NCBI GenBank assembly: GCA_032718475.1 | Contig: JAUCBJ010002409.1 | Span: 1 to 64,000, forward strand | DNA: 64,000 nt | Origin: Nemertoderma westbladi | Taxonomy: Eukaryota > Animalia > Xenacoelomorpha | Reading direction: 5' to 3' | Shown: in pieces, positions 27,301-42,300 of the stretch | How the letters are laid out: every line of letters starts with the position of its first letter | Position numbering within the stretch: position 1 is the first letter of the stretch | Program-made: the position numbers and the translations under genes | Notes under the pieces: generated by a model | Seen by the model: only the letters and a program-made list of their open reading frames with translations | Told to the model about the DNA's origin: nothing | The model's database searches: none

Positions 27301-30300
27301 CGATCGGAGGGTTTTACTTTCATTTCCTTTAGTGCCAACCACACGATCGGAGGGTTTTACTTTCATTTCCTTTAGTACCAACCACACGATCGGAGGGTTT
27401 TACTTTCATTTCCTTTAGTGCCAACCACACGATCGGAGGGTTTTACTTTCATTTCCTTTAGTACCAACCACACGATCGGAGGGTTTTACTTTCATATCCT
27501 TTAGTGCCAACCACACGATCGGAGGGTTTTACTTTCATTTCCTTTAGTACCAACCACACGATCGGAGGGTTTTACTTTCATTTCCTTTAGTACCAACCAC
27601 ACGATCGGAGGGTTTTACTTTCATTTCCTTTAGTGCCAACCACACGATCGGAGGGTTTTACTTTCATATCCTTTAGTGCCAACCACACGATCGGAGGGTT
27701 TTACTTTCATTTCCTTTAGTACCAACCACACGATCGGAGGGTTTTACTTTCATTTCCTTTAGTGCCAACCACACGATCGGAGGGTTTTACTTTCATTTCC
27801 TTTAGTGCCAACCACACGATCGGAGGGTTTTACTTTCATTTCCTTTAGTGCCAACCACACGATCGGAGGGTTTTACTTTCATTTCCTTTAGTACCAACCA
27901 CACGATCGGAGGGTTTTACTTTCATTTCCTTTAGTGCCAACCACACGATCGGAGGGTTTTACTTTCATTTCCTTTAGTGCCAACCACACGATCGGAGGGT
28001 TTTACTTTCATTTCCTTTAGTACCAACCACACGATCGGAGGGTTTTACTTTCATTTCCTTTAGTACCAACCACACGATCGGAGGGTTTTACTTTCATTTC
28101 CGTTAGTACCAACCACACGATCGGAGGGTTTTACTTTCATTTCCTTTAGTGCCAACCACACGATCGGAGGGTTTTACTTTCATTTCCTTTAGTGCCAACC
28201 ACACGATCGGGGGGTTTTACTTTCATTTCCTTTAGTGCCAACCACACGATCGGAGGGTTTTACTTTCATTTCCGTTAGTGCCAACCACACGATCGGGGGG
28301 TTTTACTTTCATTTCCTTTAGTGCCAACCACACGATCGGAGGGTTTTACTTTCATTTCCTTTAGTGCCAACCACACGATCGGAGGGTTTTACTTTCATTT
28401 CCTTTAGTACCAACCACACGATCGGAGGGTTTTACTTTCATTTCCTTTAGTGCCAACCACACGATCGGAGGGTTTTACTTTCATTTCCTTTAGTGCCAAC
28501 CACACGATCGGAGGGTTTTACTTTCATTTCCGTTAGTGCCAACCACACGATCGGAGGGTTTTACTTTCATTTCCTTTAGTGCCAACCACACGATCGGAGG
28601 GTTTTACTTTCATTTCCTTTAGTACCAATCACACGATCGGAGGGTTTTACTTTCATTTCCGTTAGTGCCAATCACACGATCGGAGGGTTTTACTTTCATT
28701 TCCTTTAGTGCCAACCACACGATCGGAGGGTTTTACTTTCATTTCCGTTAGTGCCAACCACACGATCGGAGGGTTTTACTTTCATTTCCTTTAGTGCCAA
28801 CCACACGATCGGAGGGTTTTACTTTCATTTCCTTTAGTGCCAACCACACGATCGGAGGGTTTTACTTTCATATCCTTTAGTGCCAACCACACGATCGGAG
28901 GGTTTTACTTTCATTTCCTTTAGTACCAACCACACGATCGGAGGGTTTTACTTTCATTTCATTTAGTACCAACCACACGATCGGAGGGTTTTACTTTCAT
29001 TTCCTTTAGTGCCAACCACACGATCGGAGGGTTTTACTTTCATTTCCTTTAGTGCCAACCACACGATCGGAGGGTTTTACTTTCATTTCCTTTAGTGCCA
29101 ACCACACGATCGGGGGGTTTTACTTTCATTTCCGTTAGTGCCAATCACACGATCGGAGGGTTTTACTTTCATTTCCTTTAGTGCCAACCACACGATCGGG
29201 GGGTTTTACTTTCATTTCCGTTAGTGCCAACCACACGATCGGAGGGTTTTACTTACATTTCCTTTAGTGCCAACCACACGATCGGAGGGTTTTACTTTCA
29301 TTTCCTTTAGTACCAACCACACGATCGGAGGGTTTTACTTTCATTTCCTTTAGTACCAACCACACGATCGGAGGGTTTTACTTTCATTTCCTTTAGTACC
29401 AACCACACGATCGGAGGGTTTTACTTTCATTTCCGTTAGTGCCAACCACACGATCGGAGGGTTTTACTTTCATTTCCTTTAGTGCCAACCACACGATCGG
29501 AGGGTTTTACTTTCATTTCCTTTAGTACCAACCACACGATCGGAGGGTTTTACTTTCATTTCCTTTAGTGCCAACCACACGATCGGAGGGTTTTACTTTC
29601 ATTTCCGTTAGTGCCAATCACACGATCGGAGGGTTTTACTTTCATTTCCTTTAGTGCCAACCACACGATCGGAGGGTTTTACTTTCATTTCCGTTAGTGC
29701 CAATCACACGATCGGAGGGTTTTACTTTCATTTCCTTTAGTGCCAACCACACGATCGGAGGGTTTTACTTTCATTTCCGTTAGTGCCAATCACACGATCG
29801 GAGGGTTTTACTTTCATTTCCTTTAGTGCCAACCACACGATCGGAGGGTTTTACTTTCATTTCCGTTATATTTTAGATTTCTTTAATAAATCTGCAAAAG
29901 GCAATTAAAGGTTTGGTTGTTATGGACGACAAACTGGAACTGATTTATGGTTGTTTCCTTAACAACCAAGTACCTGGCCAATGGGAGGACGTCGCCTATC
30001 CGTCATTGAAACCGCTCGGTAGTTGGGTCAATGACCTTAGACTGCGAACACATTTTATTGATGTGAGTATTGGTTGAAATTATTATTATTGCTATTATAT
30101 TATGGTGAGCGCATATGGCTGCGTTGGACTGTTATGAGGTGATTGACGTCGTTGATGCGGTACCGGTAGCTTCTATACTAAATTAAGTATTTAACTTTCA
30201 GTTTTATGTTATTATCAAGTTATTACCGATAGACTGCTGTCTACATGTCCAGACAGTGTACTGACGATTCCGACAAACATGTTCTTATGTTTGTTATCAT

Positions 30301-33300
30301 GTTGCTTAGAAACACTCGTGCAATAAATAAATATTTCCTCCCCAAAGTTATTTATCTATTCCTAATATTTATTCGGATTGTATTCTTGCAGCATTGGGTT
30401 CGCAATGGGGCCCCGAGGTCCTTCTGGCTGTCCGGTTTCTTCTTCCCTCAAGGGTTCCTTACCGGTACTCTTCAGAACTACGCCCGTTCCTATGACTACC
30501 CTATAGACCAACTGAGTTTCATGTTCCGAGTTCTACCCCACTACAGAGACCAGAATGAGGTTGCTAAGCAACTATCAGAACTAAAGTTTGGCGAAGAAAT
30601 GGAAATGGATAAAGAGGTTGGTAGACGCCATCTAGCGTCAGTTTAGTGTAGGAAATAAATACTGGCACTATAATATTTCGCGCCGTAAAATATAACAATC
30701 ACTTAAATATAAACCAATACTAATTACTTATCTTGCCCATCTCAGAGTCCATGAACAGAATAAGTGGCCATGTATTAATTGCACACTTTTTATATATGTT
30801 TATTTTTACCATAATTAATAATGTGCATTTTGTGACTTATTCGTGTATTTATTGTATGGTGTGCCCTACTGTCGGATAAAAAACTCCTAGATTAGTATTG
30901 AGTTACGTTATTTAACGTTGTATTTCAAGGCGACTTGAAAATAATGTTGTGTTTTATCTGTAAGATGGGTGGGTGCACTGGCTTCGTTTTAATTACTATA
31001 GGTAAGGCGAGCCTAGTGAGGGTTTAAAATAAATATAAGTAAATTGCCCAAAAAGACCGAGCGATACATTCCGATATCGTTTCAGATTCCAAAGATTAAG
31101 GACGGAGTTTTAGTCCATGGTCTGTTTCTGGACGCGGCCCGATGGAATGACGTCACCAACCAGCTGAGTGACCCCCTGCCAGGCGAGATGAACCCAACCT
31201 TCCCGATGATGCATATGGAACCCCAGATGAGTTTCCAGGTTCCAGAACGCGATTATATCTGTCCGTTGTATAAAACATCAGCACGAGCCGGGGTTCTATC
31301 TACTACCGGTAAGTTTATTTAACACGAGCCGGGGTTCTATCTACCGGTAAGTTTATTTAACACGAGCCGGGGTTCTATCTACCGGTAAGTTTATTTAACA
31401 CGAGCCGGGGTTCTATCTACCGGTAAGTTTATTTAACACGAGCCGGGGTTCTATCTACTACCGGTAAGTTTATTTAACACGAGTCGGGGTTCTATCTACT
31501 ACCGGTAAGTTTATTTAACACGAGCCGGGGTTCTATCTACTACCGGTAAGTTTATTTAACACGAGCCGGGGTTCTATCTACCGGTAAGTTAATTTAACAC
31601 GAGTCGGGGTTCTATCTACCGGTAAGTTTATTTAACACGAGTCGGGGTTCTATCTACTACCGGTAAGTTTATTTAACACGAGTCGGGGTTCTATCTACTA
31701 CCGGTAAGTTTATTTAACACGAGCCGGGGTTCTATCTACCGGTAAGTTTATTTAACACGAGCCGGGGTTCTATCTACCGGTAAGTTTATTTAACACGAGC
31801 CGGGGTTCTATCTACCGGTAAGTTTATTTAACACGAGCCGGGGTTCTATCTACCGGTAAGTTTATTTAACACGAGCCGGGGTTCTATCTACTACCGGTAA
31901 GTTTATTTAACACGAGCCGGGGTTCTATCTACCGGTAAGTTTATTTAACACGAGCCGGGGTTCTATCTACCGGTAAGTTTATTTAACACGAGCCGGGGTT
32001 CTATCTACCGGTAAGTTTATTTAACACGAGCCGGGGTTCTATCTACCGGTAAGTTTATTTAACACGAGCCGGGGTTCTATCTACCGGTAAGTTTATTTAA
32101 CACGAGCCGGGGTTCTATCTACTACCGGTAAGTTTATTTAACACGAGCCGGGGTTCTATCTACTACCGGTAAGTTTATTTAACACGAGTCGGGGTTCTAT
32201 CTACCGGTAAGTTTATTTAACACGAGCCGGGGTTCTATCTACTACCGGTAAGTTTATTTAACACGAGCCGGGGTTCTATCTACTACCGGTAAGTTTATTT
32301 AACACGAGTCGGGGTTCTATCTACTACCGGTAAGTTTATTTAACACGAGTCGGGGTTCTATCTACTACCGGTAAGTTTATTTAACACGAGCCGGGGTTCT
32401 ATCTACCGGTAAGTTTATTTAACACGAGCCGGGGTTCTATCTACCGGTAAGTTTATTTAACACGAGTCGGGGTTCTATCTACCGGTAAGTTTATTTAACA
32501 CGAGCCGGGGTTCTATCTACTACCGGTAAGTTTATTTAACACGAGCCGGGGTTCTATCTACTACCGGTAAGTTTATTTAACACGAGTCGGGGTTCTATCT
32601 ACTACCGGTAAGTTTATTTAACACGAGTCGGGGTTCTATCTACTACCGGTAAGTTTATTTAACACGAGTCGGGGTTCTATCTACTACCGGTAAGTTTATT
32701 TAACACGAGCCGGGGTTCTATCTACTACCGGTAAGTTTATTTAACACGAGTCGGGGTTCTATCTACTACCGGTAAGTTTATTTAACACGAGTCGGGGTTC
32801 TATCTACTACCGGTAAGTTTATTTAACACGAGTCGGGGTTCTATCTACTACCGGTAAGTTTATTTAACACGAGTCGGGGTTCTATCTACTACCGGTAAGT
32901 TTATTTAACACGAGCCGGGGTTCTATCTACTACCGGTAAGTTTATTTAACACGAGCCGGGGTTCTATCTACCGGTAAGTTTATTTAACACGAGTCGGGGT
33001 TCTATCTCTACCGGTAAGTTTATTTAACACGAGCCGGGGTTCTATCTACCGGTAAGTTTATTTAACACGAGCCGGGGTTCTATCTACTACCGGTAAGTTT
33101 ATTTAACACGAGCCGGGGTTCTATCTACTACCGGTAAGTTTATTTAACACGAGTCGGGGTTCTATCTACCGGTAAGTTTATTTAACACGAGCCGGGGTTC
33201 TATCTACCGGTAAGTTTATTTAACACGAGCCGGGGTTCTATCTACTACCGGTAAGTTTATTTAACACGAGCCGGGGTTCTATCTACTACCGGTAAGTTTA

Positions 33301-36300
33301 TTTAACACGAGTCGGGGTTCTATCTACTACCGGTAAGTTTATTTAACACGAGCCGGGGTTCTATCTACCGGTAAGTTTATTTAACACGAGCCGGGGTTCT
33401 ATCTACTACCGGTAAGTTTATTTAACACGAGCCGGGGTTCTATCTACTACCGGTAAGTTTATTTAACACGAGCCGGGGTTCTATCTACTACCGGTAAGTT
33501 TATTTAACACGAGCCGGGGTTCTATCTACTACCGGTAAGTTTATTTAACACGAGCCGGGGTTCTATCTACTACCGGTAAGTTTATTTAACACGAGCCGGG
33601 GTTCTATCTACTACCGGTAAGTTTATTTAACACGAGCCGGGGTTCTATCTACTACCGGTAAGTTTATTTAACACGAGTCGGGGTTCTATCTACTACCGGT
33701 AAGTTTATTTAACACGAGCCGGGGTTCTATCTACTACCGGTAAGTTTATTTAACACGAGCCGGGGTTCTATCTACTACCGGTAAGTTTATTTAACACGAG
33801 CCGGGGTTCTATCTACTACCGGTAAGTTTATTTAACACGAGCCGGGGTTCTATCTACCGGTAAGTTTATTTAACACGAGCCGGGGTTCTATCTACCGGTA
33901 AGTTTATTTAACACGAGTCGGGGTTCTATCTACCGGTAAGTTTATTTAACACGAGCCGGGGTTCTATCTACTACCGGTAAGTTTATTTAACACGAGCCGG
34001 GGTTCTATCTACCGGTAAGTTTATTTAACACGAGCCGGGGTTCTATCTACCGGTAAGTTTATTTAACACGAGCCGGGGTTCTATCTACTACCGGTAAGTT
34101 TATTTAACACGAGCCGGGGTTCTATCTACTACCGGTAAGTTTATTTAACACGAGCCGGGGTTCTATCTACTACCGGTAAGTTTATTTAACACGAGTCGGG
34201 GTTCTATCTACCGGTAAGTTTATTTAACACGAGCCGGGGTTCTATCTACTACCGGTAAGTTTATTTAACACGAGCCGGGGTTCTATCTACCGGTAAGTTT
34301 ATTTAACACGAGCCGGGGTTCTATCTACTACCGGTAAGTTTATTTAACACGAGTCGGGGTTCTATCTACCGGTAAGTTTATTTAACACGAGCCGGGGTTC
34401 TATCTACTACCGGTAAGTTTATTTAACACGAGCCGGGGTTCTATCTACTACCGGTAAGTTTATTTAACACGAGTCGGGGTTCTATCTACCGGTAAGTTTA
34501 TTTAACACGAGCCGGGGTTCTATCTACCGGTAAGTTTATTTAACACGAGCCGGGGTTCTATCTACTACCGGTAAGTTTATTTAACACGAGCCGGGGTTCT
34601 ATCTACCGGTAAGTTTATTTAACACGAGTCGGGGTTCTATCTACTACCGGTAAGTTTATTTAACACGAGCCGGGGTTCTATCTACTACCGGTAAGTTTAT
34701 TTAACACGAGTCGGGGTTCTATCTACCGGTAAGTTTATTTAACACGAGCCGGGGTTCTATCTACCGGTAAGTTTATTTAACACGAGTCGGGGTTCTATCT
34801 ACTACCGGTAAGTTTATTTAACACGAGCCGGGGTTCTATCTACTACCGGTAAGTTTATTTAACACGAGCCGGGGTTCTATCTACTACCGGTAAGTTTATT
34901 TAACACGAGCCGGGGTTCTATCTACTACCGGTAAGTTTATTTAACACGAGCCGGGGTTCTATCTACTACCGGTAAGTTTATTTAACACGAGTCGGGGTTC
35001 TATCTACTACCGGTAAGTTTATTTAACACGAGCCGGGGTTCTATCTACTACCGGTAAGTTTATTTAACACGAGTCGGGGTTCTATCTACCGGTAAGTTTA
35101 TTTAACACGAGCCGGGGTTCTATCTACTACCGGTAAGTTTATTTAACACGAGCCGGGGTTCTATCTACTACCGGTAAGTTTATTTAACACGAGCCGGGGT
35201 TCTATCTACTACCGGTAAGTTTATTTAACACGAGCCGGGGTTCTATCTACTACCGGTAAGTTTATTTAACACGAGCCGGGGTTCTATCTACTACCGGTAA
35301 GTTTATTTAACACGAGCCGGGGTTCTATCTACTACCGGTAAGTTTATTTAACACGAGCCGGGGTTCTATCTACTACCGGTAAGTTTATTTAACACGAGTC
35401 GGGGTTCTATCTACTACCGGTAAGTTTATTTAACACGAGCCGGGGTTCTATCTACTACCGGTAAGTTTATTTAACACGAGTCGGGGTTCTATCTACCGGT
35501 AAGTTTATTTAACACGAGCCGGGGTTCTATCTACCGGTAAGTTTATTTAACACGAGCCGGGGTTCTATCTACCGGTAAGTTTATTTAACACGAGTCGGGG
35601 TTCTATCTACTACCGGTAAGTTTATTTAACACGAGCCGGGGTTCTATCTACTACCGGTAAGTTTATTTAACACGAGCCGGGGTTCTATCTACTACCGGTA
35701 AGTTTATTTAACACGAGCCGGGGTTCTATCTACTACCGGTAAGTTTATTTAACACGAGCCGGGGTTCTATCTACTACCGGTAAGTTTATTTAACACGAGC
35801 CGGGGTTCTATCTACTACCGGTAAGTTTATTTAACACGAGCCGGGGTTCTATCTACTACCGGTAAGTTTATTTAACACGAGCCGGGGTTCTATCTACTAC
35901 CGGTAAGTTTATTTAACACGAGCCGGGGTTCTATCTACTACCGGTAAGTTTATTTAACACGAGCCGGGGTTCTATCTACTACCGGTAAGTTTATTTAACA
36001 CGAGCCGGGGTTCTATCTACTACCGGTAAGTTTATTTAACACGAGCCGGGGTTCTATCTACTACCGGTAAGTTTATTTAACACGAGCCGGGGTTCTATCT
36101 ACTACCGGTAAGTTTATTTAACACGAGCCGGGGTTCTATCTACTACCGGTAAGTTTATTTAACACGAGTCGGGGTTCTATCTACTACCGGTAAGTTTATT
36201 TAACACGAGCCGGGGTTCTATCTACTACCGGTAAGTTTATTTAACACGAGCCGGGGTTCTATCTACCGGTAAGTTTATTTAACACGAGCCGGGGTTCTAT

Positions 36301-39300
36301 CTACCGGTAAGTTTATTTAACACGAGCCGGGGTTCTATCTACTACCGGTAAGTTTATTTAACACGAGCCGGGGTTCTATCTACTACCGGTAAGTTTATTT
36401 AACACGAGCCGGGGTTCTATCTACTACCGGTAAGTTTATTTAACACGAGCCGGGGTTCTATCTACCGGTAAGTTTATTTAACACGAGCCGGGGTTCTATC
36501 TACTACCGGTAAGTTTATTTAACACGAGCCGGGGTTCTATCTACTACCGGTAAGTTTATTTAACACGAGCCGGGGTTCTATCTACTACCGGTAAGTTTAT
36601 TTAACACGAGCCGGGGTTCTATCTACTACCGGTAAGTTTATTTAACACGAGCCGGGGTTCTATCTCTACCGGTAAGTTTATTTAACACGAGCCGGGGTTC
36701 TATCTACTACCGGTAAGTTTATTTAACACGAGCCGGGGTTCTATCTACTACCGGTAAGTTTATTTAACACGAGCCGGGGTTCTATCTACTACCGGTAAGT
36801 TTATTTAACACGAGCCGGGGTTCTATCTACTACCGGTAAGTTTATTTAACACGAGCCGGGGTTCTATCTACTACCGGTAAGTTTATTTAACACGAGCCGG
36901 GGTTCTATCTACTACCGGTAAGTTTATTTAACACGAGCCGGGGTTCTATCTACTACCGGTAAGTTTATTTAACACGAGCCGGGGTTCTATCTACTACCGG
37001 TAAGTTTATTTAACACGAGCCGGGGTTCTATCTACTACCGGTAAGTTTATTTAACACGAGCCGGGGTTCTATCTACCGGTAAGTTTATTTAACACGAGCC
37101 GGGGTTCTATCTACTACCGGTAAGTTTATTTAACACGAGCCGGGGTTCTATCTACTACCGGTAAGTTTATTTAACACGAGCCGGGGTTCTATCTACTACC
37201 GGTAAGTTTATTTAACACGAGCCGGGGTTCTATCTACCGGTAAGTTTATTTAACACGAGCCGGGGTTCTATCTACTACCGGTAAGTTTATTTAACACGAG
37301 CCGGGGTTCTATCTACTACCGGTAAGTTTATTTAACACGAGCCGGGGTTCTATCTACTACCGGTAAGTTTATTTAACACGAGCCGGGGTTCTATCTACTA
37401 CCGGTAAGTTTATTTAACACGAGCCGGGGTTCTATCTACTACCGGTAAGTTTATTTAACACGAGCCGGGGTTCTATCTACTACCGGTAAGTTTATTTAAC
37501 ACGAGCCGGGGTTCTATCTACTACCGGTAAGTTTATTTAACACGAGCCGGGGTTCTATCTACTACCGGTAAGTTTATTTAACACGAGCCGGGGTTCTATC
37601 TACTACCGGTAAGTTTATTTAACACGAGCCGGGGTTCTATCTACTACCGGTAAGTTTATTTAACACGAGCCGGGGTTCTATCTACTACCGGTAAGTTTAT
37701 TTAACACGAGCCGGGGTTCTATCTACTACCGGTAAGTTTATTTAACACGAGCCGGGGTTCTATCTACTACCGGTAAGTTTATTTAACACGAGCCGGGGTT
37801 CTATCTACTACCGGTAAGTTTATTTAACACGAGCCGGGGTTCTATCTACTACCGGTAAGTTTATTTAACACGAGCCGGGGTTCTATCTACTACCGGTAAG
37901 TTTATTTAACACGAGCCGGGGTTCTATCTACTACCGGTAAGTTTATTTAACACGAGCCGGGGTTCTATCTACTACCGGTAAGTTTATTTAACACGAGCCG
38001 GGGTTCTATCTACTACCGGTAAGTTTATTTAACACGAGCCGGGGTTCTATCTACTACCGGTAAGTTTATTTAACACGAGCCGGGGTTCTATCTACTACCG
38101 GTAAGTTTATTTAACACGAGCCGGGGTTCTATCTACTACCGGTAAGTTTATTTAACACGAGCCGGGGTTCTATCTACTACCGGTAAGTTTATTTAACACG
38201 AGCCGGGGTTCTATCTACTACCGGTAAGTTTATTTAACACGAGCCGGGGTTCTATCTACTACCGGTAAGTTTATTTAACACGAGCCGGGGTTCTATCTAC
38301 TACCGGTAAGTTTATTTAACACGAGCCGGGGTTCTATCTACTACCGGTAAGTTTATTTAACACGAGCCGGGGTTCTATCTACTACCGGTAAGTTTATTTA
38401 ACACGAGCCGGGGTTCTATCTACTACCGGTAAGTTTATTTAACACGAGCCGGGGTTCTATCTACTACCGGTAAGTTTATTTAACACGAGCCGGGGTTCTA
38501 TCTACTACCGGTAAGTTTATTTAACACGAGCCGGGGTTCTATCTACCGGTAAGTTTATTTAACACGAGCCGGGGTTCTATCTACCGGTAAGTTTATTTAA
38601 CACGAGCCGGGGTTCTATCTACCGGTAAGTTTATTTAACACGAGCCGGGGTTCTATCTACTACCGGTAAGTTTATTTAACACGAGCCGGGGTTCTATCTA
38701 CTACCGGTAAGTTTATTTAACACGAGCCGGGGTTCTATCTACTACCGGTAAGTTTATTTAACACGAGCCGGGGTTCTATCTACTACCGGTAAGTTTATTT
38801 AACACGAGCCGGGGTTCTATCTACTACCGGTAAGTTTATTTAACACGAGCCGGGGTTCTATCTACTACCGGTAAGTTTATTTAACACGAGCCGGGGTTCT
38901 ATCTACTACCGGTAAGTTTATTTAACACGAGCCGGGGTTCTATCTACTACCGGTAAGTTTATTTAACACGAGCCGGGGTTCTATCTACTACCGGTAAGTT
39001 TATTTAACACGAGCCGGGGTTCTATCTACTACCGGTAAGTTTATTTAACACGAGCCGGGGTTCTATCTACTACCGGTAAGTTTATTTAACACGAGCCGGG
39101 GTTCTATCTACTACCGGTAAGTTTATTTAACACGAGCCGGGGTTCTATCTACTACCGGTAAGTTTATTTAACACGAGCCGGGGTTCTATCTACTACCGGT
39201 AAGTTTATTTAACACGAGCCGGGGTTCTATCTACTACCGGTAAGTTTATTTAACACGAGCCGGGGTTCTATCTACTACCGGTAAGTTTATTTAACACGAG

Positions 39301-42300
39301 CCGGGGTTCTATCTACCGGTAAGTTTATTTAACACGAGCCGGGGTTCTATCTACCGGTAAGTTTATTTAACACGAGCCGGGGTTCTATCTACTACCGGTA
39401 AGTTTATTTAACACGAGCCGGGGTTCTATCTACCGGTAAGTTTATTTAACACGAGCCGGGGTTCTATCTACTACCGGTAAGTTTATTTAACACGAGCCGG
39501 GGTTCTATCTACTACCGGTAAGTTTATTTAACACGAGCCGGGGTTCTATCTACTACCGGTAAGTTTATTTAACACGAGCCGGGGTTCTATCTACCGGTAA
39601 GTTTATTTAACACGAGCCGGGGTTCTATCTACTACCGGTAAGTTTATTTAACACGAGCCGGGGTTCTATCTACTACCGGTAAGTTTATTTAACACGAGCC
39701 GGGGTTCTATCTACTACCGGTAAGTTTATTTAACACGAGCCGGGGTTCTATCTACTACCGGTAAGTTTATTTAACACGAGCCGGGGTTCTATCTACTACC
39801 GGTAAGTTTATTTAACACGAGCCGGGGTTCTATCTACCGGTAAGTTTATTTAACACGAGCCGGGGTTCTATCTACTACCGGTAAGTTTATTTAACACGAG
39901 CCGGGGTTCTATCTACTACCGGTAAGTTTATTTAACACGAGCCGGGGTTCTATCTACTACCGGTAAGTTTATTTAACACGAGCCGGGGTTCTATCTACCG
40001 GTAAGTTTATTTAACACGAGCCGGGGTTCTATCTACTACCGGTAAGTTTATTTAACACGAGCCGGGGTTCTATCTACCGGTAAGTTTATTTAACACGAGC
40101 CGGGGTTCTATCTACTACCGGTAAGTTTATTTAACACGAGCCGGGGTTCTATCTACTACCGGTAAGTTTATTTAACACGAGCCGGGGTTCTATCTACCGG
40201 TAAGTTTATTTAACACGAGCCGGGGTTCTATCTACTACCGGTAAGTTTATTTAACACGAGCCGGGGTTCTATCTACTACCGGTAAGTTTATTTAACACGA
40301 GCCGGGGTTCTATCTACTACCGGTAAGTTTATTTAACACGAGCCGGGGTTCTATCTACTACCGGTAAGTTTATTTAACACGAGCCGGGGTTCTATCTACT
40401 ACCGGTAAGTTTATTTAACACGAGCCGGGGTTCTATCTACCGGTAAGTTTATTTAACACGAGCCGGGGTTCTATCTACTACCGGTAAGTTTATTTAACAC
40501 GAGCCGGGGTTCTATCTACTACCGGTAAGTTTATTTAACACGAGCCGGGGTTCTATCTACTACCGGTAAGTTTATTTAACACGAGCCGGGGTTCTATCTA
40601 CTACCGGTAAGTTTATTTAACACGAGCCGGGGTTCTATCTACTACCGGTAAGTTTATTTAACACGAGCCGGGGTTCTATCTACCGGTAAGTTTATTTAAC
40701 ACGAGCCGGGGTTCTATCTACTACCGGTAAGTTTATTTAACACGAGCCGGGGTTCTATCTACTACCGGTAAGTTTATTTAACACGAGCCGGGGTTCTATC
40801 TACTACCGGTAAGTTTATTTAACACGAGCCGGGGTTCTATCTACCGGTAAGTTTATTTAACACGAGCCGGGGTTCTATCTACTACCGGTAAGTTTATTTA
40901 ACACGAGCCGGGGTTCTATCTACCGGTAAGTTTATTTAACACGAGCCGGGGTTCTATCTACTACCGGTAAGTTTATTTAACACGAGTCGGGGTTCTATCT
41001 ACCGGTAAGTTTATTTAACACGAGCCGGGGTTCTATCTACTACCGGTAAGTTTATTTAACACGAGCCGGGGTTCTATCTACTACCGGTAAGTTTATTTAA
41101 CACGAGCCGGGGTTCTATCTACCGGTAAGTTTATTTAACACGAGCCGGGGTTCTATCTACCGGTAAGTTTATTTAACACGAGCCGGGGTTCTATCTACTA
41201 CCGGTAAGTTTATTTAACACGAGCCGGGGTTCTATCTACCGGTAAGTTTATTTAACACGAGCCGGGGTTCTATCTACTACCGGTAAGTTTATTTAACACG
41301 AGCCGGGGTTCTATCTACTACCGGTAAGTTTATTTAACACGAGCCGGGGTTCTATCTACTACCGGTAAGTTTATTTAACACGAGCCGGGGTTCTATCTAC
41401 CGGTAAGTTTATTTAACACGAGCCGGGGTTCTATCTACTACCGGTAAGTTTATTTAACACGAGCCGGGGTTCTATCTACTACCGGTAAGTTTATTTAACA
41501 CGAGCCGGGGTTCTATCTACTACCGGTAAGTTTATTTAACACGAGCCGGGGTTCTATCTACTACCGGTAAGTTTATTTAACACGAGCCGGGGTTCTATCT
41601 ACTACCGGTAAGTTTATTTAACACGAGCCGGGGTTCTATCTACTACCGGTAAGTTTATTTAACACGAGCCGGGGTTCTATCTACTACCGGTAAGTTTATT
41701 TAACACGAGTCGGGGTTCTATCTACCGGTAAGTTTATTTAACACGAGCCGGGGTTCTATCTACCGGTAAGTTTATTTAACACGAGCCGGGGTTCTATCTA
41801 CCGGTAAGTTTATTTAACACGAGCCGGGGTTCTATCTACTACCGGTAAGTTTATTTAACACGAGCCGGGGTTCTATCTACCGGTAAGTTTATTTAACACG
41901 AGCCGGGGTTCTATCTACTACCGGTAAGTTTATTTAACACGAGCCGGGGTTCTATCTACTACCGGTAAGTTTATTTAACACGAGCCGGGGTTCTATCTAC
42001 CGGTAAGTTTATTTAACACGAGCCGGGGTTCTATCTACTACCGGTAAGTTTATTTAACACGAGCCGGGGTTCTATCTACTACCGGTAAGTTTATTTAACA
42101 CGAGCCGGGGTTCTATCTACTACCGGTAAGTTTATTTAACACGAGCCGGGGTTCTATCTACCGGTAAGTTTATTTAACACGAGCCGGGGTTCTATCTACT
42201 ACCGGTAAGTTTATTTAACACGAGCCGGGGTTCTATCTACTACCGGTAAGTTTATTTAACACGAGCCGGGGTTCTATCTACTACCGGTAAGTTTATTTAA

